In this document: piece by piece, positions 58,052-64,000 of the stretch | How the letters are laid out: the number at the start of each line of letters is the position of its first letter | Numbering within the stretch: the stretch's first letter is position 1 | Made by a program: the position numbers and the translations under genes | Assembly: GCA_964368945.1 (NCBI GenBank) | Contig: CAYJDM010000001.1 | Location: 42,474-106,473 of the forward strand | Origin: an uncultured Candidatus Saccharibacteria bacterium | GTDB taxonomy: Bacteria; Patescibacteriota; Minisyncoccia; Phycocordibacterales; CAIZLB01 | Direction: 5' to 3' | DNA length: 64,000 nucleotides | Notes under the pieces: generated by a model | What the model was told of the DNA's origin: nothing | Database searches by the model: none | The model's input: only the letters and a program-made list of their open reading frames with translations

Positions 58052-58585
58052 ATGAAAAAAAGATTTCTCTATACATTTCTCGCTTTCGTTCTATTCGGCG
58101 TCATCTTCGGCATATATCAGGCAAGGGAGGAGCAGAAAACTTCCGTCCTTTCTGATACGGCGAGCTCGACTCAGTCTGTCGGCGGCATCGACGAAGCATC
58201 AAGCACTCCGGCATCAACGGTATCAGCGACTACTTCGACTTCTACAAAACCTCAAACTAATCCAACAAAACCAATGTCAACAGTAACCGCTCAGAATGGC
58301 GATACGGTATTCGTACAATATACAGGCAAGCTTACCGACGGAACGGTATTCGATAGCTCTATTCCTCGAGGCCAGCCATTCTCATTCCAGCTCGGCGCTG
58401 GCATGGTTATCGCCGGATGGGAAAAGGGAATTCTCGGCATGCATGTGGGCGAAAAGAAAACCCTCACTATCCCTGCAGCTGATGGCTATGGCGCCAATGG
58501 CGTTCCGAATGGCCGAGGCGGATATGCCATCCCTCCGAATGCTACGCTTATCTTTGATGTGGAGTTGGTTGATGTGAAGAAGTAG
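58052..58585 (+). CDS. FKBP-type peptidyl-prolyl cis-trans isomerase with an N-terminal anchor
   Basis: [21 protein letters not shown]...[30 protein letters not shown]. Confidence 0.85.
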   Translation: MKKRFLYTFLAFVLFGVIFGIYQAREEQKTSVLSDTASSTQSVGGIDEASSTPASTVSATTSTSTKPQTNPTKPMSTVTAQNGDTVFVQYTGKLTDGTVFDSSIPRGQPFSFQLGAGMVIAGWEKGILGMHVGEKKTLTIPAADGYGANGVPNGRGGYAIPPNATLIFDVELVDVKK

Positions 58586-58732
58586 TCTGTCCCATCATAG
58601 ATCGCATTTCGAAAGCCCTTGCGCTACAGCGCTGGGGTTTTCGTTTCTTGACTTGTAGTCATGCGGGTATAAGCTGTAAGACAGAAAGTCGAGCCTGTTG
58701 GAGATGGCTCACAAGTAAACATCCAACCCACA

Positions 58733-59188
58733 TTGCATAATATGAACTTGATTCCGTTGCTTACCGCGTTCACCCTCGCCATGACCTTGGTTCCGTACGT
58801 GCGTGCTGAAGAGCCTGGCCAGGACCATGTCGTCGGAACCATGAGCGAAGAGCTCAAGACCCTCCATGACGGCTTCTCCGTTGCCAGTGAGCAACTGAGC
58901 GAGGCTCGAAAGCTGCTCTCGGCCGAAAATCTGCGTTGGCGGCAACGTCAAATACATGGCATCAAGATTCGCCAGCATGAGCGCGAAGAACATGCGGGCT
59001 TAATGGCCAAACTTGAAAGCCGTTACAAGGCTGCAATGGCTGCGTATGCTCCACTGTATGAGCAATTCAAAGAAGCTGTGGAAGCCGAATTCCCACGGAT
59101 GCGGAGCATCGCACACAGCGCCTGGTTTGTTCAGGAAGAGCGCATTGGCTGGAATGATCGGCCTGTCACGTATGTTTTCGGTTTCTGA
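58733..59188 (+). CDS. hypothetical secreted protein (151 aa) with codon usage unlike its neighbours
   Basis: Signal peptide. Enriched in ctg/acc/cgt/ggc codons compared with surrounding genes. Confidence 0.45.
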   Translation: MHNMNLIPLLTAFTLAMTLVPYVRAEEPGQDHVVGTMSEELKTLHDGFSVASEQLSEARKLLSAENLRWRQRQIHGIKIRQHEREEHAGLMAKLESRYKAAMAAYAPLYEQFKEAVEAEFPRMRSIAHSAWFVQEERIGWNDRPVTYVFGF

Positions 59189-59245
59189 TTTGTGAGGATG
59201 GCCTCATTGCCGGTTCTTTTTGAGATGCCGACCTCCTGCGGTTTT

Positions 59246-59282
59246 GCCGCAGGAGGTTTCTCTTTTGATGGTATTTTTGTTA
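59246..59282 (+). terminator. rho-independent terminator (cctcctgcgg ttttg ccgcaggagg followed by tttctctttt)
   Basis: 10-bp stem followed by a T-tract. Confidence 0.55.
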
Positions 59283-59308
59283 CTATCATGTGCAAGCGAA
59301 AAGCTTAT

Positions 59309-59380
59309 GCCGCCGTCGTTCAATGGATAGGACTATTCTTTCCTAAAGAATCGATCTGGGTTCGACTCCCAGCGGGGGCA
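59309..59380 (+). tRNA. probable tRNA-Arg (anticodon CCT); one G-G mismatch in the acceptor stem
   Basis: Manual cloverleaf. Acceptor GCCGCCG/CGGGGGC, D-arm GTTC-AATGGATA-GGAC with A20, anticodon stem-loop ATTCT-TTCCTAA-AGAAT, T-arm CTGGG-TTCGACT-CCCAG, discriminator A. Total length 72 nt. Confidence 0.55.
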
Positions 59381-59466
59381 CAAAAAAGTAAAAAATATAA
59401 CAGCCGCGAAACCTTTCGGAATCGTGGCTGTGAATTTGTGACAATCTATCGGCCATGAGTAGATCG

Positions 59467-60162
59467 CTACTCCAACTCGAGCATCTTCACAGGGCGTTTG
59501 GACGGATCGAGGTGGCCCAGGAATTCATCGAAGTTACGAAGAGCGCTGATGATGCCCGTTTGCGCAATATCGACGGCTTGCTGAAAGGCAAACCAGCCAT
59601 GGAATGAGATTCGAGCTCGGAGATAATGCTTTTCGAAAGCGCCGATTTCAGTAATCCCGGCGGCTTGCCAGCCAGCAGATGCGACGGCTGTGATGAGATC
59701 ACAGGCTTCTGATGCAGGCCGCTCTGATTGACCCAATTCCAGCTCATCGAATTCCTCAGGAACAGTTTCGTCATCGATGCATTTATCTATCATCGGTTCT
59801 CCCAGGAATTTATCTCGGGCGAAAACTTCTCTGACATTCGCGGGCAGTGCAAATGCCCTGATAAAGGAAGCTCCGTTTTCCGTATTCGCATAATGAGCTT
59901 TTCGAACCGGATCGCCATTTGTGTGAAATTGCTCTTCGCTTGCTGAGACGCCGATCCACTCTGATTCGGAATAGCTGACTTTTCGGCTCTCGGGCTTGTT
60001 GTCGGCGATAAGCATGCCAACGATTCCGTACTGGCTGATCAGGACATTTGTGGGTATGAAGAATCTGGGCTGAGCGAAGGCCGTTGCGACTATTTCTTTC
60101 GGAATGGCAAGCGATAAAGGACTGCCTTGCCAGAGGCTAAGTTCGGAATTTGGAATTGTCAT
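59467..60162 (-). CDS. hypothetical protein (231 aa)
   Basis: ORF with a terminator hairpin downstream on the minus strand (about 59402-59431). Confidence 0.45.
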   Translation of the reverse strand: MTIPNSELSLWQGSPLSLAIPKEIVATAFAQPRFFIPTNVLISQYGIVGMLIADNKPESRKVSYSESEWIGVSASEEQFHTNGDPVRKAHYANTENGASFIRAFALPANVREVFARDKFLGEPMIDKCIDDETVPEEFDELELGQSERPASEACDLITAVASAGWQAAGITEIGAFEKHYLRARISFHGWFAFQQAVDIAQTGIISALRNFDEFLGHLDPSKRPVKMLELE

Positions 60163-60259
60163 GGTTCAGTGGATTCTAACGGGTTTGGGTACTATTGGTT
60201 CGAAGTTACGATATGTCACAAGAGTGGGCATGTCAACCAGATGCTATATAATATAGCGC

Positions 60260-61582
60260 ATGAACATCCTCATAACAGGATCCGGAGGACGAGAGCATGC
60301 GCTGGCTTGGAAAATAAGACAGAATAAGGCGGTCGATAAAATCTTCATGGCACCCGGCAATGCGGGCACGGCTTTAATCGCGACGAATGTATCAGTCTCG
60401 ACAACCGATGAGATTATTGAATGGGCAAAAGGAAAAAACGCCGTAAGCGCCGCAAGTGTCGATGCTGCTGAGCGGATCGACCTCGTGATCATCGGGCCCG
60501 ATGATCATCTCGCAGAAGGCCTCGTGGATCGTCTGACCGAACTCGGCATTCCGACATTTGGTCCGACCAAGGCCGCTGCGCAGATAGAGTGGTCGAAGGC
60601 ATTCGCAAAGCAATTCATGAAAGAGGAAGGCATTCCCACTGCGGCATATGAAATTTTTATCAATATAGAAAAAGCCAAAGAGCATATTGCTCAGATTCCG
60701 CGAGATGCATTCCCGATCGTAATCAAGGCAAGCGGATTGGCTCTGGGCAAAGGCGTGATAATTCCGCGCAATCCTGAGGAGGCAGTCTGTGCTCTGGATG
60801 ACCTCATGGGGAGCAAGGTATTTGGCGAGGCGGGCAGCGAAGTCGTGATCGAGGAATTCATGCAAGGCCGCGAGATATCAGTGCATGCATTCTGCGATGG
60901 AGAAACGGCAATCGTTCTGCCAGCCGCACAGGATCATAAGAGGATTTTTGAAAACGATATGGGCCCTAATACCGGAGGGATGGGAACGATCGCCCCGGTT
61001 CCATGGGTCACCGATGAAATGCTGCGAGAGATACAAGAGAAAATCGTCATGCCGACATTGGTCGCGATGAAGCGCCGTGGAATGCCTTTCAAGGGAATTC
61101 TTTTTCCTGGGATAATGTTCACCGATTCTGGTCCGAAGGTTATTGAATTCAATGCGCGTTTCGGGGATCCTGAGACTCAGACATTCATGCGATTGATGGA
61201 AAGCGATCTGGTCGATATCGCATTCGCTAGCATCAATGGCACATTGAATGAAAAAAAGATCAGATTCTATACGCAATCGGCATGCTGCATTGTCTGCGCA
61301 TCCGGCGGATATCCTGGCTCATATGAAAAAGGAAAGGTGATCGCAGGACCAGGCTTGCTCGATATGGTCGCCGAAAATAATGATGAGGTTTTTGTTTTTC
61401 ACGCCGCAATGAAAAAGAATGATGCTGGGGTTTTTGTTACGAATGGAGGAAGGGTGCTCAATGTCACCGCGACCGGAACTGATCTGCGGGAAGCCCTTGC
61501 GAAGTCGTATGCAGCGATCGATGAGATTTCATTTGAAGGAATGCAATATAGGAAGGATATTGGGAAAAAGTCTTTGAGTTGA
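60260..61582 (+). CDS. purD: phosphoribosylamine--glycine ligase
   Basis: MNILITGSGGREHALAWKI and an ATP-grasp architecture. TATAAT lies 7 nt upstream of the ATG. Confidence 0.9.
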   Translation: MNILITGSGGREHALAWKIRQNKAVDKIFMAPGNAGTALIATNVSVSTTDEIIEWAKGKNAVSAASVDAAERIDLVIIGPDDHLAEGLVDRLTELGIPTFGPTKAAAQIEWSKAFAKQFMKEEGIPTAAYEIFINIEKAKEHIAQIPRDAFPIVIKASGLALGKGVIIPRNPEEAVCALDDLMGSKVFGEAGSEVVIEEFMQGREISVHAFCDGETAIVLPAAQDHKRIFENDMGPNTGGMGTIAPVPWVTDEMLREIQEKIVMPTLVAMKRRGMPFKGILFPGIMFTDSGPKVIEFNARFGDPETQTFMRLMESDLVDIAFASINGTLNEKKIRFYTQSACCIVCASGGYPGSYEKGKVIAGPGLLDMVAENNDEVFVFHAAMKKNDAGVFVTNGGRVLNVTATGTDLREALAKSYAAIDEISFEGMQYRKDIGKKSLS

Positions 61583-61602
61583 TTATTTTATATAAAAAAT
61601 TC

Positions 61603-61640
61603 AGCCTTGCCCCAGTATAGCGGGGCAAGGCTTTGTGGAA
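61603..61640. terminator. bidirectional terminator (agccttgcccc agtatagc ggggcaaggct)
   Basis: 11-bp stem flanked by T-rich sequence on both strands. Confidence 0.55.
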
Positions 61641-61679
61641 TTCGTTTGTGATTGGGGTAAAGAACCGAAGCGATCACGC

Positions 61680-62396
61680 TCACAGTGTTTCCGCCGCTGC
61701 ATGCATGAGCCCGATTTGCCACTCTTCAAACCCCGCATCAAACGGCGGTACGCCGTCATCGGCGATCGGGGGCCTAACGCCCTCGAAGTTCGTCTCGAAG
61801 ACCAGGTCGCCAAGTTCCCATACCGCCGTGGTCTCAGGATCAACGACGTCCTTGTAGTTCGGGGGAAGTGGGAAACCTAGGTGTTTGGCAATGTAGTATG
61901 CACCCGATTCATCGACTTCGGCTTTCCAGCCCGAGATGCCGATATAGACATGTGTTCCGTCCGGAAAGACAAAGCAGATGCATCCAGGATACGTATTGTC
62001 GTCCGTGTTTCTATGCGACGTGTTTGCGCATTGTCCCGAGCAAATCTCTTTTCCGCCAGAAGTATGGCATTTGCGAAGTGCATAGAATTTCTTGCCGACA
62101 TGGAATGTGGCACCGCCGAGACGATCTGGTTGCGGCTTGCCAAACGAGACCGTCAATTCGGAAGGTGTAGCGTCGCCCGGGCCGAAGACCGCAAGCAGCA
62201 TGGATCCTCCCGTGCGGAATCGGATCTTGTCGTCGCCGATCTGGAGACTGAGTTCATCCAGGCAAGCCAGCAGGCTGTCGGTCGGGATGCGCAGAAGGAC
62301 TTGCAATGCGGATGTCGGTGCTGCATAGGTTGGGGGATCGAGATCGCTATTGCTGGCAGCGTCGCGGCCCAGCTCTACAGGAGGTCTTTTGGTCAT
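61680..62396 (-). CDS. hypothetical Cys-rich protein (about 238 aa)
   Basis: The ORF is protein-like. The overlapping plus-strand frame (61881-62558) is R/C-rich and looks non-coding. Confidence 0.45.
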   Translation of the reverse strand: MTKRPPVELGRDAASNSDLDPPTYAAPTSALQVLLRIPTDSLLACLDELSLQIGDDKIRFRTGGSMLLAVFGPGDATPSELTVSFGKPQPDRLGGATFHVGKKFYALRKCHTSGGKEICSGQCANTSHRNTDDNTYPGCICFVFPDGTHVYIGISGWKAEVDESGAYYIAKHLGFPLPPNYKDVVDPETTAVWELGDLVFETNFEGVRPPIADDGVPPFDAGFEEWQIGLMHAAAETL

Positions 62397-62558
62397 GATA
62401 TGGGTGTGTTGTATGCCTCGCTTCAATCAAAAAGAACTTTCCCACCAAGGAAAGCCCTGTTTGACCATGGCTTGGCTGGTTGGAATAGGGCTATACTATG
62501 TATCTGTTTTGTGTTATTGTCAAACCATATTAATTCGCAAGCAAATCGCGCCGTCACC

Positions 62559-63578
62559 ATGATCATAAAACCACAGAAAGACTATGAGCTCCTCGATTCC
62601 GGAGATGGCATGAAGCTCGAGCGATATGGCGAGATCGTTCTCGCGCGCCCGGATCCTCAGGCGATTTGGCCCAAGCGTCTCAGCATGAAGGATTGGGACA
62701 ATGCCGATGCTACATTCATTCGCGCAACCGGTCGCGGCATCGAGGCTGGCGACGATGATGCCAAGGGCAAATGGCATATTCGTCCAGACAAAGCCTCGAA
62801 GCTCAAGGCTCTCAAATCAGCACTCAATGGCGAAAAGACCGACTACTATGCATGGCCGATTTCTCTCGGTCCGATTTCGATTTTCGCGCGATTGACGCCT
62901 TTCAAGCATACGGGAATCTTTCCAGAGCAGCTTGAGAATTGGCAGTGGGCTGATGCGATCTTGAAGGATTCAGATTCATTTGATAAAAAAGACCCGGCCG
63001 CAGCCAAACCCCGCATCCTCAACCTCTTCGGATATTCCGGCGGAGCAAGCGTCGCATGTGCGAAAGCCGGCGCTGAAGTCACGCATGTCGATGCATCTCG
63101 CGCGGCAATCTCATGGGCAAAGGAAAATATGACGGCATCAGGCCTCGATGAAAAAGCGATCCGGTGGATTCTCGAAGATGCAGTGATGTTCGTGAAGCGC
63201 GAATTGCGACGCGGAAATAAATATGAGGGAATCATCATGGATCCGCCTGTTTTCGGTCGCGGAGCCAAAGGCGAGGTGTGGAAAATCGAGCGCGATCTAC
63301 AGCCTTTCCTGGAATTGTGCTATAAGCTCCTGTCCGACAAGCCCTTGTTTTTTATCCTAAACGGATATGCCTCTGGCTATTCATCGATATCGTATGCGAA
63401 CAATCTCAGCACCCTCGTTGAAAAATTCGGCGGGGAAGTAGAAAATGGCGAATTGCTGATTCAGGAATCCTCGACTAATTCTGCGGCAGGCATCGAAGCT
63501 GGCGACAAGCCAGCAGTCATAAAAACGCCTATACGATATCTCTCAAGCGGCATCGTCGCGCGGTGGAAAAAGGCCTAA
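62559..63578 (+). CDS. class I SAM-dependent RNA methyltransferase (RlmI/RlmK-like, Methyltrans_SAM family)
   Basis: LNLFGYSGGASVACAKAGAEVTHVDASRAAISWAKEN and DPPVFGRG motifs. True start is at ATG 62559; the track ORF runs on from 61881. Confidence 0.65.
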   Translation: MIIKPQKDYELLDSGDGMKLERYGEIVLARPDPQAIWPKRLSMKDWDNADATFIRATGRGIEAGDDDAKGKWHIRPDKASKLKALKSALNGEKTDYYAWPISLGPISIFARLTPFKHTGIFPEQLENWQWADAILKDSDSFDKKDPAAAKPRILNLFGYSGGASVACAKAGAEVTHVDASRAAISWAKENMTASGLDEKAIRWILEDAVMFVKRELRRGNKYEGIIMDPPVFGRGAKGEVWKIERDLQPFLELCYKLLSDKPLFFILNGYASGYSSISYANNLSTLVEKFGGEVENGELLIQESSTNSAAGIEAGDKPAVIKTPIRYLSSGIVARWKKA

Positions 63579-63676
63579 GAATGGCTGGCCGGGGCATGAT
63601 ATACTTATAGCACTATTTATAAATCATATAACTGATCGCATGCATAAAGGCGTCGGTCAAATTCCTATCAATCTCT

Positions 63677-64000
63677 ATGGTTAGACGCTATCATGAATCT
63701 GCGGTTCAGCCCCTCAAAAATGCGGATATTGTGGATGAAAATTTTGCATTGAAACATAAGGATGACGATAGATTCGATGTCAGCTTTGATGAAAAGAATG
63801 CAGAGTCGGAGACAGCGCCAGAGGTAGAGAATGGTCCTGAATTAGAGAAAGCAGAATCAGAACCCGCGCCAAACCCGGATGAGGGCGATTTGGTCTATGA
63901 CTTCGAAGCTGCAAAAGCAAGCTCTGAAGCGGAATCGCAGGCAAAAGCCGCGGAACTTCTCAAAAAAATGAACGAAGATGCGGGAGTGGCGACACCTCCT
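63677..64000 (+). CDS. acidic hypothetical protein, partial (runs off the window)
   Basis: Open frame MVRRYHESAVQPLKNADIVDENF...E/D-rich, with no stop before position 64000. Confidence 0.3.
   Translation, partial: MVRRYHESAVQPLKNADIVDENFALKHKDDDRFDVSFDEKNAESETAPEVENGPELEKAESEPAPNPDEGDLVYDFEAAKASSEAESQAKAAELLKKMNEDAGVATPP

Noticed and set aside
61881-62558. The 5' two-thirds of the 565-aa plus-strand ORF
   Set aside because: The translation is R/C-rich noise that overlaps a protein-like minus-strand gene. The methyltransferase starts at ATG 62559.

Overview
This 64 kb window is a compact, gene-dense bacterial chromosome segment of about 50% GC on both strands. About 75 protein-coding genes can be supported. 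Many are small membrane or secreted hypotheticals, which is typical of a reduced, possibly Patescibacteria/CPR-like genome; that assignment is inference only.

Recognisable core genes include:
- stress response, transcription and RNA processing: lexA and the RNase J gene;
- secretion and peptidoglycan synthesis: secG, murD, murC, murE and murJ;
- purine synthesis and methionine repair: purB, purD and msrAB;
- envelope stress: lemA and htpX;
- oxidative protein folding and metal uptake: a dsbA-like/dsbB pair, a ZIP metal transporter, a glutaredoxin and an FKBP isomerase;
- membrane channels: mscL and an aquaporin;
- signalling: an OmpR-type two-component system and a MerR/TipAL-type regulator;
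- other accessory functions: capA, a CAP-domain protein, a polysaccharide deacetylase and an EVE-domain protein.

Three RNA genes are not represented in the ORF track. They are tRNA-Ser(GGA), a probable tRNA-Arg(CCT), and an RNase P RNA (rnpB) on the minus strand at about 50045-50540. The rnpB region is filled with spurious ORFs in the six-frame track.

The most unusual structures, in order of interest, are:
1. A junction at tRNA-Ser carrying a 5'-truncated ABC-transporter ATPase fragment, followed by three copies of a GATATCGCAA-n-TTGCGATATC palindromic element. Two of the copies sit in-frame inside an ORF6N-domain gene.
2. A perfect 31-bp inverted repeat between the divergent dsbB and ZIP-transporter promoters.
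3. A Cheo-type SOS box (GAAC-N4-GTTC) inside the spacer of a promoter that drives a small basic ORF directly upstream of lexA.
4. A DUF4157-like HExxH protein inserted between lemA and htpX.
5. A 1079-aa membrane protein with an interleaved inverted-repeat operator region upstream.
6. Apparently widespread leaderless promoter architecture.

All coordinates derived by hand-indexing may be off by 1-2 nt.
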